From Octopus bimaculoides (taxonomy: Eukaryota), in assembly GCF_001194135.2 (NCBI RefSeq), contig NC_068985.1:29578464-29642463 (forward strand): a stretch of DNA of 64,000 nucleotides, read 5' to 3'. The notes below the pieces were generated by a model, which made no database searches, was not told where the DNA came from, and worked only from the letters and a program-made list of their open reading frames with translations. Below, one piece after another: positions 36,565 through 49,682 of the stretch; position 1 is the first letter of the stretch, and each line of letters opens with the position of its first letter. The position numbers were made by a program, and so were the translations under genes.

Positions 36565-39500
36565 CATACATACATACACACATACTTATGTAACCACATG
36601 TGTGCTATTGGTGATTGTTTTCCTTTGTCTTCCTCTTCTCTTGGACTTTCCTCTGTCTCCTGTTTTTGAAGAAGAGCTTTGCTCGAAACATAAAACACCC
36701 TTTTTTTTCCTTCTCCGAGCGTCTTATTAATAAGTTGTATGTACCACGTCCTCGTGTTGTTATTTTTTTTTTTGTCCTTTTTATTCAGCAGCAGTAGTGT
36801 ATTGATGGTACAGTGGGTAGTTGCATTGACATTCTATTTGAAATATAATTTTGTGAGTTCATTCTGACCTTAAGTGCATTTACACATACATGATGCTTAG
36901 TTGTTTTGCATTTAAACCGGTCAGATCTGGCTGAAATATTCTATGTGTTTTATGTTCAGACTGGTCAGATCCAGCCTCTATCACCTTCCCTACAATGTCA
37001 TTCTAAAAAGAAACAATCACAGCACTGGAATCTCGAAGCTATGAGACAATGCATGAGTAATACAGAATGATGAGAATAAAATAAGCAATCATATTTGACA
37101 GAGTGATCTGAATACTAATGAGTTAATAATAAATGGCAACTTAAGAACTGAAATTATAATATTATAGTAAAGAAATCCAGAAAAATTAAGTTAGCTGTTC
37201 AAAAATTGTTTCAATAAGTATTTCATTTGAATTTTATCTTTCATCTAGAGCAAAGATGGGAAAATCAAACTATATTGCATGGATATTTTTAAATTTTCAA
37301 AGTAAGTATTGCATTTTTTAAAACTCTACTAAATTTTCAATATTTGAACATGGACATAGAGGAATGACTGAGTAGCTAGCTTTGCAACCACATGGTTCCA
37401 GGTTCAGTCCCTCAGTGTGCACCTTGGGCAAGTGTCTCCTACTATAGCCTGGAGCTTAAAAAAAGCCAGTTGTGTGTGTTTGTGTCTCCCTGACCTGACA
37501 TCATGTTGTAGTTGTACATGAGTGTCACTGTCAAAAAGACTATGTAATTCATTTCTAATATTAAGTGGAAATATATCTGGATATCAGCCTACTTGCTTAG
37601 CCAATGGTGTGGCATCATTTGAAAGCTAAAATGATGAGGAGCACATTGTAACCAGTGATGTATATTACATGGTCACATGATGTCTGGATATGGGGAAATA
37701 TTAACTTGTTTGGAAACAGATGAGAGTTGGCAACAGGAAGGGCAGTATTGGTGGTGATGTAGTAGTGGCTGTGGTAGTTGTTTCTCATGTCCAAGAATTT
37801 CAATTTCCTCCTGTTGTAGAAAAAAATCTTCAGGGAGAAATGCCAATGGTGTTGATTTGGGACAGATGCGAGAAAGGAATTGCTCTAAATTGATAAACTG
37901 AATAAAAGTGCTTTGTAGCATTTATTCCATGCCAGCTACATATCTTTATTCTATATCAGCTACATGTATTAATTAGCCATTTGATAATTAGAGATCCTCA
38001 TTTGCATCATCATCATCATTCAGCTTCTATTTTTNNNNNNNNNNNNNNNNNNNNNNNNNNNNNNNNNNNNNNNNNNNNNNNNNNNNNNNNNNNNNNNNNN
38101 NNNNNNNNNNNNNNNNNNNNNNNNNNNNNNNNNNNNNNNNNNNNNNNNNNNNNNNNNNNNNNNNNNNNNNNNNNNNNNNNNNNNNNNNNNNNNNNNNNNN
38201 NNNNNNNNNNNNNNNNNNNNNNNNNNNNNNNNNNNNNNNNNNNNNNNNNNNNNGGTGGTGGTTGACAAGGAACTGCAGATGGAATCCTTTTTCAGACAAA
38301 AGCTACTTCAGTCCTCACTGCCCCATTCATGTGATGTGTACAGGAAGTAGCTCCTAGTTTCTGCATGGGGCAAAGCATCTCTGACATTTATTTCACTTGC
38401 AGTAATTCCTTCCAGGCCTTCCTTTAACTGAACTAAAATAAAGGAAGTAAAAATAGGTTATTTCTTTTCTTCCAGAATATAATTAGAAGTGCTTTACATT
38501 TCAACCAATTGTAATAAATCTTGCTATTAATTTTTCTTCTTTTTCTTTTCTGCCAAATCACAGGGATTTTGAAGGACAGTTTAATGCTATTTGGGATCGA
38601 GGAGCTTTTGCTGCTATCATCCCCAAAACCAGAGAAAGGTTGGTAATAATTGCTTAATGACAATAACATAATTACATAGTCATAATGATATAATATATAA
38701 AAATAAATGCACCCTTTTAAAGCCTAGCCAGGCTCATGGTCCGGGTTTCAATGGCGTATGTGTTCCCCAACTGGACGGGACGCCAGTCCATCGCAGCGTT
38801 ACTCATTTTTGCCAGCTGAGTGGAGTGGAGCAACGTGAAATGAAGTGTTTTGCTCAAGAACACAACGCGTCGCCCGGTCCAGGAATTGAAACCACAATCT
38901 TACGATCATGATGCTGACACCCTAACCACTAAGCCATGCGTCTCCACGATATAATATGTTAGTTGCATAATATTACTAATGATAGTAAAATATACTAATT
39001 AATTGTAAGAAAACCAGAGCACTAATTACATCAACCCCAGTGTTTCACTGGTACTTAATTTATCAACCCCAAAAGTAGGTAATGCAAAGTTGGCCATGGT
39101 AGAATTTGAACTCAGAATGTAAGGATGGATGAAATGTTGGTGAGCATTTCGCCGGGCATGCTAATGATTCTGTTAACTCGCTACCTTAATAATAATAATA
39201 ATAATAGTAATAATAATATTAATAATAATAATAATAATGGTGATGATAATAATAATAATAATATTTTGTCTTCGTATAAAAGATGGGCTACAGCAAATAT
39301 TCTGGGCTTCATATATTTTACCCCAGTCTCACTATGATGGCATGCACTGCTCTCACTCAATAATAATTATAATAAATGCCCTGATGCAATACCAGGCATT
39401 GGCTCTCATGGCTTCTGATCTTAACTGATTGTACATTGTTTTGTCTTGGTATAAAAGATGGGCTACAGCAAATATTCTGCTCAATACCACAGATTTGCTT

Positions 39501-42500
39501 GTCAGTTGCTTGATCTTAACCAGTTGAGCATGTCCTTTAATGGATGATGTTATGTGCATCTCTGATCACGAGCAGAAGTAGTGGGGGAGCATCATAGCCA
39601 TGTGTTGAGAGGAACTCTTTGGGGTTTGAATAATTCACCACTAGAAACATGGGTGTTTTGTGCCAAAATTTGATTCCAATATTAGAAGTATTTAAAAAAT
39701 GCAATTGAATTAATTTTTTTTGTTTATTTTCTTTTATTTAAAAATATAATTGTTGCTGTTGTTGTTGTTGCATTTAGGTATGCCCAGGTGATAAAAGGGT
39801 TACTTTCCCCTGACTGTCACTATATGATTGCCACAATGCAGTATGACCTTTCCTTATTTCCAGGTAAATCAAGAATGGTAGAGCAAGATACACTATAACC
39901 ACTTGAATATATGGAGAGATTTTCCTTTCTTTGAAAATCATCCCTCACAAGAATATGAACCACTTATATTGAAGTTCATATAAATTTCTAAGTAAACATG
40001 AAACACTTTCCAAAAAGACTTAAAAATAAGGACCTTTCATTTTTGAGGGACACTGTAAAAGAAAGAAAATCCATTTTATATTTGAGTATATTTATATAGT
40101 GTTTACTTGCCTTCTTTTTACAGTTATTTGTATTTCTTAATTACTTTTTTATTAGTTTTAGTCTTGAACATTTCACATCAGCATTGATATATTAGATAGA
40201 ACCTGGAATCTAAAGAAGTTGGTGGTCTCCATTGACAAACGTTATTTCATAAAAGTTCATGGACAAAAAGTATATCAAATTACAATGAGTTGATTTACTA
40301 TGAGGAGTGAAAAACCCAATGTTTCAGACAGTTGCCCTTCTTTGAGGATACAGAATAGAGAGGCTGATAGCACAGTGTCAGAAAAATAAATGGAAAAGAA
40401 GGGACAGAGCAGTGTAGGGTGTTTGTATGGTGGGAGGAGAGGAAAAGGACAGTGTGAGTATTATGGAAATAGAGTAATGTGTGAAGAAGTAAAATGAGGG
40501 TGAGGAGCAGTGAAAAGTATTAGCAAGAGCCAGGTCAGTTGAAATGGAAGGGAAGTGGTGAGAGATGATTACGTATGGACTGTAGAAAAAGGGACACATT
40601 AGAGAATGAAATAAATACACACAACGTTGGATTTGGAGAAGAAATAGTGTGAGGGAAGTAGGTGGGGAGCTTTAATGGAATGGTTAAAATTGTTTGAAAG
40701 AAAATTGGCAAAGACTGAGAAAGATTTCATGCATTGGTCTATGATTAGAGATAGGAAGATGGAGGAGAAATGAGTTGAAATAATGGAAATATAAGAGTGA
40801 ACAATGTGTCCTAAGTGAAAGAAATGATAAGTAGAAGCATGGTATGTATAGTATATACGCACAGTCAATATGTGCAGTGAATGTGCAAAATATACACTGC
40901 AGTTAAAAGCGGAACAGTATGCTTAAATACATGGACCAATGAGGGAGGTTTTATGTGGTCATTTAATCTGCTAGAAATAGCAACCAAATCCACCTCAAAT
41001 CATACCCCATTATCATTATCACTATTGGACTTGCTTTTTCCATGCTTGCATGGGTGGGATGAGACATTTTCCTGGTGTCAGCTCTTATTTCCAAGTAAGG
41101 AATTTATTCTATGTCTTCACACATTGAATCACCAAGTCGCTTGACTTTGTTTAATGTAGTATATAAGCAATGTTACCATTACCCTAATGGTATCAATATG
41201 AAGATATGCAGAGCACCTCCCCCCCCCCACATACACACAAACACACTTATGACAAAATGGTTAAAAAGTGAAATAGGATAGACAAAGACTGCATAGAAGG
41301 GTTTCAATATTAGATGGATTGTATCCATGATGCAAAAGCAGCGATGGTGTTGGAGGTGGTGGTGGGTGACTTGCTTCTGTATAATTTCTATTTACCAAAT
41401 TTCACTTGAAAAGCATTGGTAAATGTGAGACTATGATTGTAGACACTTCCTCAAGATGTCACACTTCCTAAATAGCAAAACTACGGCAGTAAAGTACCCT
41501 GCAAGAGCTGCATGTATGCCACACAGAGTGTGTTCAGTATTACATACGTCGGCAACCAGAGGAAAATTTCCTCTTCATCTACTCCTCATGAGACTAGAGC
41601 TGAACAACCAGGGCTTAAATCTCTTCACAGCTAAGCAGACGTAGACTCCTTTTCCTTTGACTCCTTTGCTGGTTTCTGTCATTGGACTGCAACTGTTTTG
41701 GGGCACCATCTTGAAGGATTTAGCAAATGAAATTGACCCAGTAATTATTTTTCAGTTTAGTGTATTTAGTGTACCATTCTCTTGCTGAACTGCTAAGTTA
41801 CAGAGACATGAACAAGCCAACAGCAATTGTCGAACAGAGAGACTCAAATACACACCACACAACCTATGCAAGCATGGAAAATGGNNNNNNNNNNNNNNNN
41901 NNNNNNNNNNNNNNNNNNNNNNNNNNNNNNNNNNNNNNNNNNNNNNNNNNNNNNNNNNNNNNNNNNNNNNNNNNNNNNNNNNNNNNNNNNNNNNNNNNNN
42001 NNNNNNNNNNNNNNNNNNNNNNNNNNNNNNNNNNNNNNNNNNNNNNNNNNNNNNNNNNNNNNNNNNNNNNNNNNNNNNNNNNNNNNNNNNNNNNNNNNNN
42101 NNNNNNNNNNNNNNNNNNNNNNNNNNNNNNNNNNNNNNNNNNNNNNNNNNNNNNNNNNNNNNNNNNNNNNNNNNNNNNNNNNNNNNNNNNNNNNNNNNNN
42201 NNNNNNNNNNNNNNNNNNNNNNNNNNNNNNNNNNNNNNNNNNNNNNNNNNNNNNNNNNNNNNNNNNNNNNNNNNNNNNNNNNNNNNNNNNNNNNNNNNNN
42301 NNNNNNNNNNNNNNNNNNNNNNNNNNNNNNNNNNNNNNNNNNNNNNNNNNNNNNNNNNNNNNNNNNNNNNNNNNNNNNNNNNNNNNNNNNNNNNCTTTTG
42401 TTAGGCATGCCATTCAGAAAGTCCCGTGGGTCACAGTTCGCCCACAACTGAACTATACCAATACAATAATCATTTTCACAAAGTTTTTACTAAATTTCCT

Positions 42501-43107
42501 GCTCAGATTCAAGTCAGAGTACATTTTACTCTATTATCATTATTCTGTCTTCTCTGATTTTTACTAAACACTCTCTCTAAGGTCATCAGGATAATCAACT
42601 ATTTAGTTTTGAATATCTAAATACTTTAATAGTGTTCGCATTAAAGCTAAGCAAGGAACATTCTAGAATTTGATTGTAATGGTTATTAACCCAACAAATA
42701 ATTAAAAAAAAAACAATTTCCATATTGTTCCTCATTGGACCAACTAATGTGTCAGGATGGTGTGATTTTGAACTTTTAAGTTGTAGGTGAACTATGCAAT
42801 ATTCTTAATTATCAACAAGTATTATGCAGCAAGTACAATTGTACAGCTATTTTGAATAGCCAAAATTACTTCATCAAACTACAACATTATGTATTTCAAA
42901 ACTTTGTTTCACTTTGAAATGCTTTACCAAGCAAGTACAATGTATCAGCTGTCATATATTAATTATTATGTACTTGATATATATTTCTATTTGAAAGGTG
43001 ATATATGCAGTGTTGAAGAAATTGATGAAAATGACTACGGTCCACAGTTCAAAGGAAGGGGATTGGATGTGATTTTTGAACTGATCTACTTTTTGAAAAT
43101 TAAATGA
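34028..43107 (+). CDS. TPMT: Thiopurine S-methyltransferase-like gene, copy B (7 coding exons visible; exon 7 expected in gap 41885-42394)
   Basis: GT-AG exons 34028-34140, 35440-35532, 35809-35938, 37249-37301, 38564-38638, 39778-39863 and last exon 42998-43107 ([10 protein letters not shown]...[15 protein letters not shown]). Phases are compatible; no stops or frameshifts seen. Confidence 0.95.
38697..38947 (-). mobile_element. Full-length tRNA-derived SINE, copy-B-specific
   Basis: Head gtggagacgcatggcttagtggttagggtg..., 10-bp TSD gatataatat (38687-38696 and 38948-38957); empty site in copy A at ~7462. Confidence 0.85.
40310..40800 (-). mobile_element. Decayed Penelope-like element with degenerate hammerhead at its 3' end
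   Basis: Mirror of 4800-5232. On the minus strand it ends cctcaaagaagggcaactgtctgaaacattg, a mutated CTGAAGA...GAAAC motif. Confidence 0.5.
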
Positions 43108-44692
43108 AGGGAAGCTGATTTTATTTTTAAAGGTTTGTACTTCTGTTTTCTCCTATTTTCTATAAATCTGGTTTCAGAAAGGCTTCTATACCCATTTCAT
43201 CATATAATAGATGTTACACTGGAAGGATTTTCCCTTGTGTATCTGGTTATAGTATCTGTCTCACTATAACCTTTTCATCATCACCTCCTCCAATGCCTTC
43301 TCCCCTCTTAAAAGTTTTTGCCTTGAAAGTACTTGGTGACGCTGCCAGTGCAGGTGCCTCTTAATAGCACCCAGTCCACACTGTAAAGTGGTTGATGTTC
43401 GGAATGGTATCCAGCTGTAAAAACCTTGCCAAAACTAACCTCACCTATAAAAAAAACACTTCTCACCTCACCTGTGCTTGCGCCACATAAAAAGCATTAA
43501 GTCCACTCTGCTGAGTGGTTGGTGTTAGGAAGGGCATCCTATGTAAAAAAAATCCTGCCAAAACAGTCACAGAAGTCTGGTGCAGGCTTTGGCCTGGCCG
43601 GCTCTTGTGGTACTGTCCCACCCTTGCTAGCATGGAACACAGACGTTAAATGAAGATGATGATGAGGATGATGATCTTTTCAACCATAGGTTTGAACATA
43701 GCTTTAGTTGTGTAAGCTGATAGTGTTATCAAGCAACAGCAATGTAGTTAATAGCGAAGAAACATATTTTATTAAACTTGACAGATCAAATATTATATTG
43801 ACCTTGTGTAATCCAATTTTGCAACTGTAAACTGTAAATGTGATGTCACTATAATCACGAATCTCCTACCTTAATCAGCAATGAAGATTGGGGATCTGCA
43901 ATGACTAGAGAAAAATGAGACTTAACCATTCAGCATTCTCTGTCAAATGTAATGCTTATTTATTCACATTGATCATGCAGCTTCAAGATTTCAGTGATGT
44001 GATTGTTTATATTTAGAATGACATTGTAGGGTAGGTGTGAGAGACTGGATTTGACCAGTATGAATATAAAACAGGTGAAATATTTGAGCCAGATATGGTT
44101 GGTTTAAATGCTAAAGAGTATGGTATATTGGATGTACTATGTCAATTTAGAGAAGGATGAAGGGCATGTAAATGACAAACAAAATGCATATTGATGAATC
44201 ATCCAGATGTTTATGGACGTTTATTGTTAATAGATACCTCAAACTTATTTTTATATCATTATTATTATTGGTTATATATACATATCTGCTCTTAATTTAC
44301 TATTAAATTCTGCTTAAGCACTAACTTGTTTATTTTAAGCACATGAATGACACAACTAACCAATATATATTATGTATAATTACTTATAAAAGCTTAAAAT
44401 TTTTATCCATTTACATGGTAGATTGGATTATAATAAAGAGTGAGCCTAAATTCTTTACCATATTTACAAACACTTCANNNNNNNNNNNNNNNNNNNNNNN
44501 NNNNNNNNNNNNNNNNNNNNNNNNNNNNNNNNNNNNNNNNNNNNNNNNNNNNNNNNNNNNNNNNNNNNNNNNNNNNNTTCTCTCGAACTGGATTTGTACC
44601 AAGGAAAAAAATCTATACCATTTTATTCTCCCTTCACTGAGGTTAAACATGTTTCTCTCTCTTTCTCTCTCTTTCTCTCTTTCTCTTTCTCT

Positions 44693-44739
<47 letters not shown>

Positions 44740-46731
44740 ACTCCTACACACACATTAGGCAGCCTTTCTATCTTCTTTTCTCATTTGGTAAGGGGACTTT
44801 TAACTCTTGCAAGCTACAAGACAATCTTGCTAATGCTGCTGGTGTTGAACAGGCACCCAGTACACTCTGTAAAATAGATGATACTAGAAAGGTATCCAGC
44901 CATAGAAACCATACCAAAACTGAGGTACTGGAAGAAAATGTGGTCCTCTGGTCCATTCAATCATATCTAACCAATTCCAGTATAAAAAGTAAATGTTAAA
45001 ATTAAGGGGACAGTGTTGATAGCAGTGATAACAACAATTATGACAACATGAAATTTTTTCTTTATTTAAAAGTATGAATAACACTTAAAAACCATATATT
45101 TTCTAATTGCCTCTTAATCATAATACTGCGAAATAGTACTAATGTACAAAATATGCAGAATGAATTGCAATTATATGATCTATTTTTTTAATCCTAATTT
45201 TGTATAAATAAAGGAAAAACAAAATGTTTAAATAAAAAGAAAAACTTTACATAATTCAAGAATTGTATACAAATAAATCATTTAAAATTATTTATTCTTG
45301 TGTTTTGGTGACTTTATTTTCACTATGAGGACAAGAGACAAGAGGTTGCTGCTGTCATTAATCAATGTTCTGTGTCTCTGATTAGTACTGTAGTGGCAGC
45401 ACTGTGTAACTGACTGATGTTTGGTTATTCTACATATAACTGTAACTAAACTGCAAATGACTGAAACAAGTAAAAGTGTATATATATATATATATATATG
45501 GTGCCGTGCAAAAGTACCAGTGCTAGTACCAGATAAAAAGCACCCGGTGCACCTGTAAAGTGGTTGGCATTAGGAAGAGAATTAGCTATAGAAACCATAC
45601 TAGAACAGACAATGAAGCCTGGTGCAGCCCCAGGCATTACCAGATCCTTTCAAACTGTCCAACTTATGCCAGCATCTTTCTCTTTCCATCTAACAAATCC
45701 ACTTGGTCAGCCCAAGGCTAAAGAAATGTTAAGTCTGGCCTCCTTGGTGGAGAGGACTGACTTGCAAGAGTCCTGTCTTAGTGCCACATAAAAAGTACTT
45801 GTGGTGCTATGTAATAGTGCCTGTGCGGTATCATGTAAAAGCATGCATGCAGTAACATGTAAATGCACTTGTGCAGTGCCACATAAAAGCACCTACGTTG
45901 TACCATGTAAAGGTGCCTGTGCAGTACCATATAAAAGCATCCAACATCCAACAAGTTGTTGGTGTTAGGAAGGGCATCCAGCTGCAGAAACCATGACAAA
46001 TCAACTGGACCCTAGTGCAGCACTCTGGTTTACCAGCTCTGGTAAACTGCCCAACCCATACTAGCATGGACAATGGATGATAATGTTAATGTCTTCAAGG
46101 TCATCAGATTCAGAGGCCCTATACAGGCAAGAATATTGTCCTTTCCCCTAGAAGCATCATCATATTTACATCAACTTTCATGCTTACATGGGTAAGAGAG
46201 AATTTGTTGAGGCAGCTTTTCCAAAGACCAAATGCCCTCCCTGTTGTCAACCTTTTCTTATTTCCAAGCATGGCTGGACATGTTTTCATGGAAGACTAGA
46301 AATGAACAAAATCTGGATCTTATCGGTTTGGCTGCCAGCATTTCAATAATTAAAGTTTACCCAAAATTTTAAAATTTGGCACAATAATACACTTGCTCAA
46401 ACTGAATTACTGGAGTTATTTAATTTTTTCCAGAAAAATGCTTTTAAAAAGTTATAGAGGTTTAAAGTTTGATCATTTTCACCCAGTCAAGAAACAGGAT
46501 TTGGAAGCTGTCATTTTGTGCGTGGACATCCTGAGAATAGCACGTGTTGTCAATATTGCTAAACAATACGTGTTATGTCTCCGGTAATTTTCTTTCGTGT
46601 AAATAAATGTTTATGTTAATTCAAAAGATTTATCCAAAAAAAACCTTATTTAGCAGTTATTTTTAGCACCTCAATGCTCAATGACAAAAAGAAGCGAGTA
46701 AACAAACATTTAAGCATTCAATATACGGCGG

Positions 46732-47270
46732 AGACGGACTATATGTAATCTGAACCTTTCCCCCCCCCTTATTTATTTATTTATTTATTTTACGGAATCC
46801 CACGTTTTAGGCTATGGNNNNNNNNNNNNNNNNNNNNNNNNNNNNNNNNNNNNNNNNNNNNNNNNNNNNNNNNNNNNNNNNNNNNNNNNNNNNNNNNNNN
46901 NNNNNNNNNNNNNNNNNNNNNNNNNNNNNNNNNNNNNNNNNNNNNNNNNNNNNNNNNNNNNNNNNNNNNNNNNNNNNNNNNNNNNNNNNNNNNNNNNNNN
47001 NNNNNNNNNNNNNNNNNNNNNNNNNNNNNNNNNNNNNNNNNNNNNNNNNNNNNNNNNNNNNNNNNNNNNNNNNNNNNNNNNNNNNNNNNNNNNNNNNNNN
47101 NNNNNNNNNNNNNNNNNNNNNNNNNNNNNNNNNNAGAATCGAAATTTTGAAATTGAGATTTTTGAAAAAAATTTTTCACAATCGGAATCTCTATAGCCAA
47201 AAACGTGGGATTCCGTAAAAAAAATAATAATAAGGGGGGGGGGAAGGTTCAGATTACATATAGTCCATCT
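46732..47270. mobile_element. MITE with long TIRs (centre in N gap)
   Basis: agacggactatatgtaatctgaacc... mirrored by ...ggttcagattacatatagtccatct; the same end occurs at ~27290. Confidence 0.75.
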
Positions 47271-49479
47271 GGACCATTTTTTGATTACGTACACGCATAC
47301 ACTTACATGCATATACTGATGTGTGTGTGTGTGTGTGCGTGCGCAAGGGTGGATTTCAGTTACACGTACACACAAGCAGAAGACAGGAGTGAAATGATGG
47401 TAGTAGTGGTTGTGGATTATTGTCAGAATATTGTATGTGTAGTTCTGGGAAAGGAAAGAAAAGAAAATGAAGTAAAACCTTCTCCAAAAAAAAAACTTCA
47501 ATTCGGCTTCTGTTATAAGAATGAGGCGGAAACTTAAGCTCCACTCCCTTTCTCTGCCTGCCAACTTCCTTCCTCTGCCCTACATTCTACACAGAAAAAG
47601 GAACAGAGACATTAGGGCGAGTTTCGGCGAGTTTCCTGTTCGTGTTTGAGTTAATCCATACACATACAGAGGCATATCTGAACATATATAAGCATATATC
47701 ACGCACACATAGCCATGTGAAAATGACAGTGCGACAAAACTCACATACACACATAAGCTACATATATACACAAGCGCAGCATGCATACACACAAGTCACA
47801 CAACACTCTTTCATCTCTCTTTCCCCTTTTATTCTGCTTTTTACTTGCCTCTCTCTTTCCTATATATTAATTTTTTTCTCCTTCTCTCTTTTTCCCTTGT
47901 TTTATCACTATTTCGACCCGTCAGTCTTTGACTCTGTTTCTCTTTCTTATTGTCTTTTTGTTCACCCCACCCTGTTTNNNNNNNNNNNNNNNNNNNNNNN
48001 NNNNNNNNNNNNNNNNNNNNNNNNNNNNNNNNNNNNNNNNNNNNNNNNNNNNNNNNNNNNNNNNNNNNNNNNNNNNNNNNNNNNNNNNNNNNNNNNNNNN
48101 NNNNNNNNNNNNNNNNNNNNNNNNNNNNNNNNNNNNNNNNNNNNNNNNNNNNNNNNNNNNNNNNNNNNNNNNNNNNNNNNNNNNNNNNNNNNNNNNNNNN
48201 NNNNNNNNNNNNNNNNNNNNNNNNNNNNNNNNNNNNNNNNNNNNNNNNNNNNNNNNNNNNTTTCTCTTTTTAAAAAAAATAGCCTCTCTTTTCCCATCTC
48301 TGTTCATCTCGAGCTATCTTGTTTTTATTTCTTCTTTCTCTCTCTTCTATTTTATGTACCTTCATATTTCGATTTGTCTTTATTTCTCGTTTTCCATTTT
48401 CTCTCTTTTCCTTTTTAGAGTTTTTGATTAATTTTCTCTTTTTCTCCTATGTAGTATCTGTTAATTATCTAGTTTTTCTTTCTTTCTGTGGTTGTCCACC
48501 GTCTTTTTATGTTGTTTAACCTCAGGTCCGTCTGATCGATCTGACCTATGATCAAAGGCGTTCCTGCCTTGATCACCTAATTTTTGTATACTTTGATCTA
48601 CATTGTTCAAAATATATCTCCTTATTAAAGACGAGAGATTTGAAGGAGACTTGGCTGCTATTCTAAGCAAGTCGAGCGAGCGCACACAGGACTCGTTGGC
48701 TCACGTCTTTGTACGTTTCTCTCTATCTTTCGTCCGCTAACAAATCGTATGGCGACGATGGACTCGATCTCTTTAATACTGCAGATTTTGAGGATCAGCT
48801 GGAAATTATACACTAATAAGGGAGCCTCTACGTGGTCGTTCGCCCTGCTTCAAATAACAGCCGAATCTTTCGCAGAACACAACTTACTGAAGAAAGACAC
48901 AGAACCATTGTAGCCTTGTATACAAAAAGACAGGATGGTAATGATTTGTATGCCTTCATTCAGTCCTGTTCGATCAAATTGACCGAGTGTTAAAAAGTCA
49001 TAGACACAAATACATACATACATAAAGCTGCTTATTAATTAGAATTATGTAACTCTACTAAAAGAAAACAATTATTGAAGTCGAGTATACGAGTATATAT
49101 ATAACGGCGAAATAAAATCAAGAATATATCCTTTGTCTTTTGTATATAAATAGATAGATATGTAGAACTTGTTCTCATGTCATTAATTCAAAACAAAGAC
49201 CGGCACAAGAAAAATTCACGGACGGAAAGAGAGAAGAAAGAAAGAGGAAATGAGTGATTACAATTAATAAATAAATCAGAAAGGAAATGCTGAAGAATCC
49301 GCGATGAAAAATAGTACCGTATCGAACCGAATACTAAGCGATGATATAATGAACAAAACGAATTAAATGTACTTTTAAGATTTAATTCATGATGAAAATT
49401 TTCCATTTAAGAAAAGATGAAAAATAGAAAATAATTATAATGATGATAATAAATGAAGATCAAGGAAACACATGAAGGT

Positions 49480-49682
49480 AGTGGTAGTGGCGGCGACAGG
49501 TTCTCGTCTGCTCCTGCTTCTCTTACTAATACTCCTATACTAACTACTCCTTCCCTCCGACTTATTTTCCTTGAGATTCTGATTCATTTCCTTCCTGCCT
49601 TATGTGCGTATGACTACATCGATGTTGATAGTCAGAAAAGAGCGGAAGTTTTGGTTGTGATTCGGCAGGAACTCTGGTAAGT
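49480..49682 (+). promoter_or_regulatory. Candidate promoter/non-coding first exon of the ZNF gene
   Basis: Locally GC-richer segment with gtggcggcg and an Ets-like gcggaagt, followed by a strong donor ctg|gtaagt at 49677. The ZNF coding exon begins at an acceptor and needs an upstream exon. Confidence 0.35.

Larger units (their letters stand above)
27395..45725. repeat. Right arm of inverted segmental duplication
   Basis: Mirror of 2745-19205 with independent insertions and deletions. Confidence 0.9.

Noticed and set aside
40031-40140. ag|GA CCT TTC... as TPMT exon 7 of copy B
   Set aside because: Poor acceptor and no similarity to GPPYNTTEEDIQNLF. The true exon is at 3461-3505 in A, and its mirror position in B falls in the 41885-42394 gap.
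2745-45725. The duplication as an uncollapsed-haplotype assembly artefact
   Set aside because: Inverted orientation, ~4.5% exon divergence and several reciprocal TE insertions with TSDs argue for real paralogy. Not fully excludable without reads.
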